In this document: piece by piece, positions 1 to 10,200 of the stretch
How the letters are laid out: each line of letters starts with the position of its first letter
How positions within the stretch are numbered: position 1 is the first letter of the stretch
From: Candidatus Woesearchaeota archaeon
Lineage (GTDB): Archaea; Nanobdellota; Nanobdellia; Pacearchaeales; GW2011-AR1
NCBI GenBank assembly: GCA_964608765.1
Contig: CAZSPD010000001.1
Coordinates: 6,373-70,372, forward strand
Length of the DNA stretch: 64,000 bases
Direction: 5' to 3'
Notes under the pieces: model-generated
Databases searched by the model: none
Told to the model about the DNA's origin: nothing
What the model saw: only the letters and a program-made list of their open reading frames with translations
Position numbers and translations under genes: made by a program

Positions 1-1
1 T

Positions 2-2302
2 CCTACTGTGTGGGGATATGTTAGAGATATTTTAGATGTTCCCTTGAAAGAAACAACAATTTATCTTGCAGGAGAATTAACAACAACCGATGAATACGGG
101 TATTATTCATTAACCCCTCAAATTTTACCCCAAAATTATCCAATAATTGCAACTCATATAGGATATAATAACTATTATGAAGTTTTATCTTTCTACTCTG
201 ATACAACTAGCATAAGCCATAATATCACAATGACATTGATGAATCTCGGGCAAACAAGTAATCCTTATGAAACAGGGCCATATACTGATGAGCCTGGAGA
301 GGACATGCAAGCTATTATGGATGAAATAGTTGAGCAAGGTGAAGATTATTGGATAAGCACAAAAGAGATTTTCAAAGAGATAAGACAAAATACCTTTGTT
401 GAAGACACTATTGGAATCTATAATTTTAAAACTTCAAATATGAATTTACTTGTCTCACTTTCTCCTGAGATAAATGATTTTATAAAATTAAATAGAGACG
501 CTGTGATAATCGAGCCCATGAAAGCAGGAGAAATAAAAATAACTTTCTATGGCACTAAGCCTATAGGGACATATTCTGGAATATTAAAGATTTCAGGAGA
601 TGTTGAACAAGAAATACCCATAACAATAAAAATAATAGAAAATAGGCTCCCAATTGAGACTCTTTTATTATCAATAGATTTATTTAAAAATACAGTTAGT
701 CCAGGAGAAGACCTTAATTATAAACTAAATTTACAAAATCTTCTAATTGATCAAGAGTATAAAATTTCTTTGGAAAAATTAATTTTAGGTGAAGAAGATC
801 ATGAAATATATTATAGAGAGTCCCAAGATGTTGAAATTAAAAAAGCTTTATCAATAGTAGATAGGATAAACATCCCTTCTAATTTTTCAGAAGGGAATTA
901 TTTATTTGTAGTAAATGCAAAATATTTAGGATTTTCTTCAAGTGTTACTGCTCCATTTTCAATTCGTAAACCAATTTACCTTTACTCTTTTCTAGGAATT
1001 CCTTTATGGGTCTTCTTTGCCATATTTTCTTTTATAAGTTTTATTCTCCTAAATATATTTGTCTATAAAAGGTATAAAGATAAAAGAAAAAGATATGGCA
1101 TTTCTCTAGATTTGTCTGCAATTCCAAAAGCAGACAAGAGTTTTTTCAAATTAGGATTAATTGCAGAAACTAAACACCCTGTTTATCTAGAACCAGAAAA
1201 GCTTAAAACACATACCATTGTTGCAGGAGCAACAGGAATGGGTAAGAGTATTTCTGCTCAAGTATTAGTCGAGGAAGCTTTAATAAAAAATGTTGCAGTT
1301 ATTGTATTTGATCCAACTGCTCAATGGTCCGGATTGTTAAGAAAGTGTGAAGACAAAAAGATGATATCGTTTTATCCTAAATTTGGACTAAAGCCTTCAG
1401 ATGCAAGAGCATTTCCAGGTAATATAAGACAGATTTCACATTCAAGAGAAGTAATTGAAATAGAAAAATACATTAATCCAGGACAAATTCACATATTTGC
1501 ACTCAATAAGCTAGATCCAAGTGAGATTGATATATTTATTGCAAGTGTTATAAGACAGATATTTAAGTCAGATCCTAAAGAGGCACAGGAATTAAAAGTA
1601 TTATTGGTTTTTGATGAAGTTCATAGACTACTTTCTAAGTTCGGTGGAAGTGGAGAAGGATTTTTACAAATTGAAAGAGCATGTAGAGAGTTTAGGAAAT
1701 GGGGAATGGGAGTAGTTTTAATTTCTCAGGTATTAAGTGATTTTGTTGGAGAAGTTAAAGCAAATATTAATACTGAAATTCAAACAAGAACAGTAGAAGA
1801 ATCAGATTTGGAGAGAATTAAAACAAAATATGGAGAGGAATTTTTAAAATCTCTTGTTCGAGCTGAAGTTGGAGTTGCAATGTTCCAGAATGCAGAGTAT
1901 AATAAGGGTAAACCTTACTTTGTAAACTTTAGACCAATCCTTCATAATACACGAAGACTTTCAGATGAGGAGCTTGGAAAATATAATAAATATAATGATA
2001 TTATTGATGACTTTGAAAATCAAATAAACCAATTAGAAAAAGAGAAAGTAGATATATTTGATTTAAAGATGGAATTAAAGCTAATTAAAGATAAGTTAAT
2101 GACTGGAAATTTCTCTGTTGTAGACATTTATGTAGAAGGGCTTGGACCAAGACTTCAAAAACAATGGGAAAAACTAGGAAAGAAACCTAAGAAACTTGAG
2201 AAGAAGTTATTAGATGAATCTGAAATCCAAAAATCTGTTGAAGAGGCTAAAAAAGCAAGAGCTGTTTATGAAAAAGAAGAACAGAAGAAACAAAATAAAT
2301 AA
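2..2302 (+). CDS. Membrane-anchored HerA/VirB4-like (DUF87) P-loop ATPase with extracellular Ig/carboxypeptidase-regulatory-like domains; 5'-truncated by window edge
   Basis: Frame is open to the window start. N-terminal WGYVRD..TTTDEYGYY beta-domain, one TM segment (FLGIPLWVFFAIFSFISFILLNIFVY followed by KRYKDKRKR), Walker A GATGMGKS, FDPT motif, Walker B LLVFDEVH, REFRKWGMGVVLISQ, coiled-coil tail. Confidence 0.85.
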   Translation, partial: PTVWGYVRDILDVPLKETTIYLAGELTTTDEYGYYSLTPQILPQNYPIIATHIGYNNYYEVLSFYSDTTSISHNITMTLMNLGQTSNPYETGPYTDEPGEDMQAIMDEIVEQGEDYWISTKEIFKEIRQNTFVEDTIGIYNFKTSNMNLLVSLSPEINDFIKLNRDAVIIEPMKAGEIKITFYGTKPIGTYSGILKISGDVEQEIPITIKIIENRLPIETLLLSIDLFKNTVSPGEDLNYKLNLQNLLIDQEYKISLEKLILGEEDHEIYYRESQDVEIKKALSIVDRINIPSNFSEGNYLFVVNAKYLGFSSSVTAPFSIRKPIYLYSFLGIPLWVFFAIFSFISFILLNIFVYKRYKDKRKRYGISLDLSAIPKADKSFFKLGLIAETKHPVYLEPEKLKTHTIVAGATGMGKSISAQVLVEEALIKNVAVIVFDPTAQWSGLLRKCEDKKMISFYPKFGLKPSDARAFPGNIRQISHSREVIEIEKYINPGQIHIFALNKLDPSEIDIFIASVIRQIFKSDPKEAQELKVLLVFDEVHRLLSKFGGSGEGFLQIERACREFRKWGMGVVLISQVLSDFVGEVKANINTEIQTRTVEESDLERIKTKYGEEFLKSLVRAEVGVAMFQNAEYNKGKPYFVNFRPILHNTRRLSDEELGKYNKYNDIIDDFENQINQLEKEKVDIFDLKMELKLIKDKLMTGNFSVVDIYVEGLGPRLQKQWEKLGKKPKKLEKKLLDESEIQKSVEEAKKARAVYEKEEQKKQNK

Positions 2303-2326
2303 AAACTAAGCTCTTGTCTATAGTTT

Positions 2327-2650
2327 ATGAATGAATTAAAGAGGATGAAAGAATTAGCTATTTCATTTATTGATAAAGAAAAATACAAAAAAATCAATAA
2401 AATAAAAGATAAAGAAGAAAAACTACACATTTTTCAAAACACTCTGACGTCTGAGTTAAAAATAAAGCAACTTGACTTAGATTTAGAGATTAAACAAATA
2501 TCAGAAAGGCAAGTAAGAAACATTTTATCTATAAAATCCAATATAATTCATTCAAAAATACTTTTATTGAAAACAGACTTCAATGAGAAAGATTTTAAAA
2601 AAATCATTTCCTTACTAGATAAGCTAAAAACAGAGGTATCCCATGTTTAA
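2327..2650 (+). CDS. Hypothetical basic helical protein
   Basis: 107-aa ORF between co-oriented genes; overlaps the next start by 8 nt. Confidence 0.7.
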   Translation: MNELKRMKELAISFIDKEKYKKINKIKDKEEKLHIFQNTLTSELKIKQLDLDLEIKQISERQVRNILSIKSNIIHSKILLLKTDFNEKDFKKIISLLDKLKTEVSHV

Positions 2651-3500
2651 TTTTTTAAAGTCAAAGAAAAAAAAAGAAGGCGACGAATTAACAGATGAGG
2701 CTCAAGAAGAAGAAACAGGCTCAGTAAAAAAAGAATCACATGAAGAAAAATCTCTAACTTCTCTTAATCCATCTGATTCTCAAACTGTTCTTAAACTAGC
2801 AACAGAAATAGATAGATTAAAAGCAAGCCAAGAAGCATTTCAAGAAGTAAGAAAATCATTTACTGAAAGATTTACTCGTGTTAGCGAACAAATCGGAGAA
2901 TTAAGGTCAATGATTCTTGAGAGAGACAGAACAATACAGACAATGGAATTGAGAGCCGTAAAAGCAATAGACTTAGTCGAGTCAATAAAGCCTGACAAAT
3001 TTATGATGGACTTAGAGAGGCAAAATGTTAAGATAGAAGCATTAAAAGCAAATTTAGAAGGAAACGAGGCAATTATAGATCAAGTAATGGAAGAACTAAA
3101 AGATATGCGAAGAAAGATGAGTTTTTTTAGAGGAATTGAGGAAATAATAAAATTAAGCGAAGAAATAAAAAAAGAACTTATAGGAATAAAAAAGATAGAG
3201 GGGACAATAAGTATTCAGACAGATAAAGTACAGACAATTTATAGCGATATGAGAAAAAAGATGCAAGAATTAGATAGCTTTAACTCTCAATTACAAGAAT
3301 CCAAAGCAGGCATTGAACAAAACTCAAAAGACATTGAATTTCTCAAAGCAAAAGCAATTAACTTTGCAGAAAAAGAAGAATTAGATAATATTTTAAATAA
3401 GCTCCAAAAATATACTGATGCACTTAAAGAAATTCAAAAAAAGAGTCCTTTATCGAGGGATATTGAAAGACTTAAAACCCTTTTAGGAGAAATCAATTAA
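2643..3500 (+). CDS. Cytoplasmic coiled-coil protein
   Basis: 285 aa, heptad-rich E/K/L/I composition, N-terminal amphipathic MFNFLKSKKKK, no TM segment. Confidence 0.8.
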   Translation: MFNFLKSKKKKEGDELTDEAQEEETGSVKKESHEEKSLTSLNPSDSQTVLKLATEIDRLKASQEAFQEVRKSFTERFTRVSEQIGELRSMILERDRTIQTMELRAVKAIDLVESIKPDKFMMDLERQNVKIEALKANLEGNEAIIDQVMEELKDMRRKMSFFRGIEEIIKLSEEIKKELIGIKKIEGTISIQTDKVQTIYSDMRKKMQELDSFNSQLQESKAGIEQNSKDIEFLKAKAINFAEKEELDNILNKLQKYTDALKEIQKKSPLSRDIERLKTLLGEIN

Positions 3501-3544
3501 TTTAAAAAGAAAAGATTATAAAGTGCTTTTTATTTATTTTATCG

Positions 3545-4339
3545 ATGGTGAACAAGGTAAAAATTAAGATTTTAATTGCCTTTATCTTTGTCTTTTTGGG
3601 GTGTATTAATTTAATAATTGCTGTTGAACCCTTCGGGGCAGAAATTGTGGATGTTGTTTCTTCAAGCAGAGCAACACCTGATGCTCCAACAGGAATTCCT
3701 GCACAGGCAGGAAATGTAACTGAGTTGAACATATTTGGATATTCTTCTACACAATCTTGGCAAGGTTATTATGGTAATGTTTCAGGTACAATCATTTTGT
3801 CTGACAGCAACGAAAATATGATGTACAATTGGTCCCTTGCTTCTCCAAGAGGGGAAATATATGCGTCTACAAATGATTCTATAAGTTGGGGAAATATTCA
3901 GTGTTTTAATTTTAATGCAGACGGAACTTATTCAGGAGAAGAAATCCCTGGAGAAACAAATCAATATGGAACAAATTTAAACATGTTAGAAGAAATGTTT
4001 GGAATTTCTTCAGATGATGTTGATGGAGTTGATGAAACATTTACACTCTTTGGAGTAGGGGGACATAAAACTTTTTACACAAATAATTTAGAGTTTTCAG
4101 AAGGGGAGTGTATGAGTACGAGAGTATTTACTAGTTCAGGACAAGGAGAACAAGGGAAGTTTGAAGAAGTTCTTTTATATGACCCTCTAACATATAGCTT
4201 AGTTTTTGCTTCTTTACTCAATCAAGATGAAACTGGTTTTGATAATAATCCTCATGACTTTGAAATGCTTGTCTTAGAGAATGGACATAAATCAGATGTA
4301 TCTACAACACCTTACTATTTTTGGGTTGAACTAGAGTAA
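3545..4339 (+). CDS. Secreted beta-rich protein, paralogue A of the 'VELE' family (putative filament subunit)
   Basis: Signal peptide, then AGNVTELNI, QSWQGYYGNVSG, ISW..IQC, FEEVLLYD, DFEMLVLENG and C-terminal YYFWVELE. Clearly homologous to 23060-23839 and 23918-24661. Confidence 0.85.
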   Translation: MVNKVKIKILIAFIFVFLGCINLIIAVEPFGAEIVDVVSSSRATPDAPTGIPAQAGNVTELNIFGYSSTQSWQGYYGNVSGTIILSDSNENMMYNWSLASPRGEIYASTNDSISWGNIQCFNFNADGTYSGEEIPGETNQYGTNLNMLEEMFGISSDDVDGVDETFTLFGVGGHKTFYTNNLEFSEGECMSTRVFTSSGQGEQGKFEEVLLYDPLTYSLVFASLLNQDETGFDNNPHDFEMLVLENGHKSDVSTTPYYFWVELE

Positions 4340-4440
4340 TTCTTTTAGGGGTTTATAAAAAACATTTAAATATGCTTTTTAATAATCATTTTTATGGACT
4401 TTTGTTTATATACTATTTTAAACTTTGGGGCTAAAGAAAA

Positions 4441-5541
4441 ATGCTAGATTTTTTATTTTTAATAAACATTTTAATTTCTTTAAGCATATCTATATTTATT
4501 TTAATAAATATTTTTAGAAACTATCGCAAATACCTCCAACTTAGGAAAATATTTTATTTATTCTCAATAATTGGATTTATTTTTATTTTATACTCTATTA
4601 TATTCTCTTTATGGCTTTTGAACTTTACAACCTATAATCCCCAAGATTTTTTATTTGTGCATTCTATTTTAGTTTCAATAGAAGCGATCCTTCTTTTAAG
4701 TATAATCTATTATTTAAGAAAGAATAAAAAAATATTTTATTTATTATTTATTTATTCAATATTTCTTTTCTCGTTTATTATGGGATGGAATTTTACAAAC
4801 TTCCTTCTAATCTCTTCTTTAATGCTAATATTGATTTTATTTATATTATTTATTTCAGTCCCAAATTTTACAAGAATCTCTAAATTTGCAATATTTTACT
4901 GCTCTGTTTCTCTTTTATTGGAATCTACTTTTTTGTTTAAGGATCAACCTTCCCCTGTAATGAGCTTGGTTTCTAATCTATTTTTCTTCTTATTTATATT
5001 CTTCTTTTTAATGGATGTAAGGAATATTTCTCTTTCAGACTCAGACAAGAAAATAAAGTACAGAAAGAGCAATTATTTGTTTGATTTTATGAGATATTTT
5101 ATATTTATAGTAATCTTAACTAATTTTGTTTTTATAGGGACACTTGCAATACATGAGGCAGGGCACTTTTTTATGTCTAAATTTAATCCTAATTGTGAGT
5201 TAGAAAAAATAGTTTATGAGGGAGACCTTCCCCGCACAGAGATTTTATGTGATGGTTCTCCAGAATACATGAACTTAATTATCTTTGGAGGAATTCTTTT
5301 GCCCATTCTAGTAGCACTCTTATTATTTTTTGGAGGAGGGACATTCATGAAAGAAATTTCATTTTTAATAGCAGGATTCAATATCTTAATATCTTATAGA
5401 GATTTTGTTGATTTAGGATTTTCTTCATCAATATCTATATTTTTCTCAATGTTTGGGGCAGGAATAATCATTTTAGCAATATTACTTCTTGCAAAATCTA
5501 GGACAACTGAAGAAGAATTTATTTACTTAGCAAATAACTAG
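4441..5541 (+). CDS. Polytopic membrane protein with C-terminal HExxH (M50-like zinc metalloprotease) module
   Basis: About 11 hydrophobic segments; TM-embedded LAIHEAGH followed by a Cys pair and IIFGGILLP. Confidence 0.65.
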   Translation: MLDFLFLINILISLSISIFILINIFRNYRKYLQLRKIFYLFSIIGFIFILYSIIFSLWLLNFTTYNPQDFLFVHSILVSIEAILLLSIIYYLRKNKKIFYLLFIYSIFLFSFIMGWNFTNFLLISSLMLILILFILFISVPNFTRISKFAIFYCSVSLLLESTFLFKDQPSPVMSLVSNLFFFLFIFFFLMDVRNISLSDSDKKIKYRKSNYLFDFMRYFIFIVILTNFVFIGTLAIHEAGHFFMSKFNPNCELEKIVYEGDLPRTEILCDGSPEYMNLIIFGGILLPILVALLLFFGGGTFMKEISFLIAGFNILISYRDFVDLGFSSSISIFFSMFGAGIIILAILLLAKSRTTEEEFIYLANN

Positions 5542-5575
5542 AAAATCTTTTATAGTTATAATTCATTTTTAGACT

Positions 5576-6967
5576 ATGAAAATTGTTTTAAGATTATCTT
5601 TAATTTTATTACCCTTAATTATTTTTTTATTAAATCTTAATTTAGTTAGCTCGAGTTTTGTTTGTGGGATTGTTAATGACTCCTTAACTTCATCTTCAGA
5701 TTGGGTAAACGTAAAAGTTTATTTTGAAGAGAATATCTCGGATTTTACAGAATGCCAAGTGAACCCAGAAAAAAAATTCTGTTGTGATATTGAAAATATT
5801 TCTTCTGTAAATGTTGAAGTTGGAAAAAAAGCATATGCAGAAGTTTATGACACTAAAAGAAAATTGACTGCGGGACCCATTTTTATTTATTTAACAGACG
5901 AAGGATACAATATTTTCCCTACAATGAATTTAGAGGAATTACCTTCATTTAATATATCCAATAATGAGATAACTGTAAACGATTCTTTTATTTATCTAAG
6001 CTTTTCTTCATCTAAAAACGCAAACAATTTTTCATACAAAATTGATTTACCTGACAAGGAAATCAAAGAAAGATTGAATGATAACAATAATAATATTCCA
6101 AATGTTTCAATCCCTCTGTCTAAAGGAGAAAATGAGCTTTTTTTAATTTCAGAAAATATAGATAGAGAAGAATTTGAAAGATTTTTAATATATAACTTAG
6201 ATTATTTTGATTTAGGAGTAAATATATTTTGTAACAAATGTAAAATAAAAAATAATTTTTTGTATGCTCCTTCTAATAAAGAAATAATAATGAATTTATA
6301 TTTTAATTCTTCACACAATATTTCAGGAGAATTTTTAACTTACTTGCCTCAAGATTGGACAGTTATGGATCACTCTGATCTTTCTGAAGTTAGTCTAACT
6401 CACAAGGCAATAGCCCACAAAGTTAATAACGAATCTTATTTTTCAGTAAATTACACTGTTAAATTACCTCAAAGATTAATTAAACAAGATTATTTTATCT
6501 ATCAAAAAGTAAATAATTACAATAAACAAACAAAATTAAGGTCATTTAGTATAGGTTTTTTACCTTTTCATAAATTCAATAGGCTTGAAGAATCTTTTCC
6601 AAAAGAAACTTTAGAACAGAGTACTTCTCCTAAAAACCCTCTCATCTTAAAAAATCAAGGTAAAGGAACATTAGAAACTGTTGCAATATTCCCAAATTCT
6701 GAAATTTCTTCTTCTTACTCTTATATTGACTACCAAGTTAAGAAAAAAAAATTGGCAAACATTGAAGAATTTAATATTTTAACAACGTTACCAGATAAGA
6801 AAATAGAAAAAATATTCTTGATATTTAAAATTAAAAAAGAAAATTTTATTGAAGTTTATTATAAAAATTCATTGTTAGAATTAGATATTTATGATGAAGA
6901 TGACTCTTATAATTATTATTCGGTTTATATTCCAGGAAAAGGGCACTTTTCAACTAAGATTTTCTAA
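5576..6967 (+). CDS. Secreted/surface hypothetical protein, Cys-rich N-terminal domain
   Basis: Signal peptide, FVCG...CQVNPEKKFCCD, beta-rich composition, many N-x-S/T sequons. Confidence 0.75.
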   Translation: MKIVLRLSLILLPLIIFLLNLNLVSSSFVCGIVNDSLTSSSDWVNVKVYFEENISDFTECQVNPEKKFCCDIENISSVNVEVGKKAYAEVYDTKRKLTAGPIFIYLTDEGYNIFPTMNLEELPSFNISNNEITVNDSFIYLSFSSSKNANNFSYKIDLPDKEIKERLNDNNNNIPNVSIPLSKGENELFLISENIDREEFERFLIYNLDYFDLGVNIFCNKCKIKNNFLYAPSNKEIIMNLYFNSSHNISGEFLTYLPQDWTVMDHSDLSEVSLTHKAIAHKVNNESYFSVNYTVKLPQRLIKQDYFIYQKVNNYNKQTKLRSFSIGFLPFHKFNRLEESFPKETLEQSTSPKNPLILKNQGKGTLETVAIFPNSEISSSYSYIDYQVKKKKLANIEEFNILTTLPDKKIEKIFLIFKIKKENFIEVYYKNSLLELDIYDEDDSYNYYSVYIPGKGHFSTKIF

Positions 6968-7009
6968 ATTCAAAAAGTATTTAAACAAATAATTCTTGCG
7001 ATAGATAGT

Positions 7010-7249
7010 ATGGTTAAAAGTAAGATTAATCGTACGATTAATCGCAAAAAAGAGGATGTTTTGGAGTTAGGAATAATTGCTTCTTTGTCTAATTCTATTA
7101 CTCCCAAATCTACTCAAGAAATTGCAGATGAGATGAATAAACCTTGGCATTCTGTTCAAACACGCTGCTTAAGGCTCCAATTAAATAACAAGCTAATAGG
7201 GTTTAGAGTTGGAAGAATAAACCTTTGGCAGATAAAAAAGAGAAAATGA
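7010..7249 (+). CDS. Small winged helix-turn-helix protein
   Basis: PKSTQEIADEMNKPWHSVQTRCLRL..IGFRVGRINLW fits HTH plus wing. Stop overlaps the next ATG (ATGA). Confidence 0.7.
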   Translation: MVKSKINRTINRKKEDVLELGIIASLSNSITPKSTQEIADEMNKPWHSVQTRCLRLQLNNKLIGFRVGRINLWQIKKRK

Positions 7250-10200
7250 ATAAAAAAGGAATAATAAAATTAAGTTTGTTTTTTTTAGTTTTATTCTTAA
7301 TTTTAGCAATAGTGTTCTTTTCTATTTTTAGCTCTGCATCTGTTTCTTACAACAAAGAAAATTATTTTGTGGGAGAAGAGATTAATCTAGATTTTTCAGG
7401 ACATAGATATTGCTTTATTGATATTAAAACTCCTTCAGATAAATTAAACTTTGAATGCAGTGAAAGACTTTCTTTTGTATTTGAAGAACCAGGAGAGTAT
7501 ATTTTTAATATAGATTATTTAAATGAATTTGAGAAATTTGAGATTAATGTCTTAGATAAAGATTTTTCTCAAGAAGATTTAGGAAATTTGGTTCAAGAAT
7601 ATAAAAATTACACTTTAAACACTCCTCTAATAAACACTCAAGATTACTTTATCTTTGATTTTAAGAATAAAAATTCTTACACTCTAAATAGCAGTTTAGA
7701 GTTTAATTTTAGAGAAATAGGAAATTATGAGCTAATAGTGTTTTTTCCATCTGGAAAAAAAATCTCTAGACTGGGGTCTAACGACAGATATCTTTTAAAC
7801 CTTTTAGAAGAAGGAGAGTATCTTGTAGAAATAGTGGGTGGAAACAGGAAAACAACTTACACTTTTTTATCTATTAAGGATTTTAAAAAAAATTTAGTTC
7901 AAGGGAAGGCTGAGATAGGAAAACCTGTTAAATGGATTAAGGAGTTGGATTTAATTGAAGAAGGAAACTTCATAGAGATTCCTACTCTTTCTGGAATTAA
8001 AATAGAAAATGAAAATGGAGAAACATTTAATGAATATTCATTAGTTGAGTTAGATAATAAAAGTTATATTTTAATTGATAGTGAATCTCCAGAAAAATTA
8101 TTTTTAGAATATATTACTGAATCACCTTCATTAGATGAAGAAATTATCTCAGAAACAAGAAAACAGGTAACTATATTTTCTCCTGAAGAATTCCACTATA
8201 GAGATGTTTTGTCTTACACTTCAATACCCGAAAGATTGTCTGCAGGACAAGAAAATCTGATAAAAATTTATTGGATAGAAGAAGACACCTATTTAGATTT
8301 TAATGCTTTAGATACAGATAGTAATGGATTTTTAGACTATGTTGAATGGATTGTCCCACATTTATCTACACAAACGTTTGAAATAATAATTATCACAAAA
8401 GCAGACCATCTTGGCTCAAATAAAGAATTTATCTCAGATATTTATAATGAAGTTAGAACTCTTGATAATGTTTGGTCAGAAGAAATAAATGATGGAGAGT
8501 ATGTAAGAGTTGTATTTGAAATTCCTTTAAGTAATTTAAAAGACATCACAATTTTTCCAAAAGTTATTTCAGGGAATCCAGTTGTTGAAGTTTATGAAGT
8601 AGATTCAAATGAAAAAATAACTGAATTTTCAAATTTAATTTCAGAAGAGTATAATAAAATTTATCTTGAAAACTTAATCTCAGATACTCAAGACACTTTT
8701 GATTTAAAGATTGTGGGGGGGAGCTTACAGTTTGACCATATTATAGACCCTACAGGCGGATGCATAGGTGGAATATGCACTTACAATTTCACATATAGTG
8801 AAACTTGGCAAGTCCCAAATAATGTCCTAAATAATAATATTACAGTAAGAGTCTGGGGAGGAGGTGGAGCAGGTGCAGGAAGAACCAATAATGGAAGAAC
8901 TGGCGGAGGTGGAGGAGGTGCATTTGCATCTTCTAATATAGTTGTAACTCCAGGAGAGAATCTAAGAATATCTGTAGGAGATTCTGTTGCAGGAGGAACT
9001 GGAAATGGTGCAAATGGAATTCAAAGTAATGTCTCATGGCAAAATAATACTGTTGCAGTTCGTGCTGCTGGAGGAAACGGAGGAACAACAACTGCAGGAG
9101 GTTCAGGAGGAACAGTTGCAAATAGTTTAGGTACAATAAGATATGCAGGAGGAAATGGAGCCTTTACAAGTTCTGGAAATGGAGGGGGTGGAGGAGGTGG
9201 AGCAGGGACAACAGGTGCAGGAGCAAGTGCCACATCTTCAACAGGAGGAATAGGAAATTCATTATATGGGGGCAATGGAAGTAATGGAGCTGGAAATGCT
9301 AATGCTCCTTCAGGATTTATTTATGGAGGGGGTGGAGGAGGAGTAAGTAGAACCTCGGGGAGTAGAAGTGGTGGAGCAGGAGCACAAGGTTTTGTACAAA
9401 TAATCTACCAAGAAATCCCAGATACAACCCCTCCAACCTATAATAGTGTTTCAATAGATAATATTTATTCAGGGGAACAAACAACATTTTCAATTAGAGT
9501 TTCAGATAACGAAGTACTTCATCCAATAGGGGGATATATCTTCTCAACAAATAATTCAGGTTCATGGACTAATGATACATTCGTTATTTTCACTGAAACT
9601 CCTTCATGGGCAAATGTAACTAAGCTACTTAATACAAATGTTAAGACAGCCGTGGGTTATAGATGGTATCTTAATGATTCTTCTGGAAATACTGCTTCAA
9701 CTCCAATTTATACTTTAACTACTTTAAAACTTCCCCAAACTTTTGTTTATAATTTCACAGTAAGTGAAATTTGGCAAGTCCCGAATAATATCCTAAATAA
9801 TAATATTACAGTAAGAACATGGGGAGGTGGTGGAGCAGGTGCAGGAGCAACTTCCAATTTAAGAACAGGTGGAGGTGGAGGAGGTGCATTTGCATCTTCT
9901 AGTATAATTGTAACTCCTGGAGAAAATTTAACAATAAGAGTTGGGGGTTCTGTTGCAGGAACAACTGGAAATGGTGCAAATGGAATTCAAAGTAATGTTT
10001 CGTGGCAAAATAATACTGTTGCAGTTCGTGCAGCGGGTGGAACAGGAGGAGCAACAAATGCAAGAGGGACAGGAGGAACAGTTGCAAATAGTTTAGGTAC
10101 AATTAGATATGCAGGAGGAGATGGATATTATGTTTCAAATTCAGGAAATGGAGGTGGTGGAGGTGGTGGAGCAGGAACAACAGGGGCAGGAGCAAGTGCT

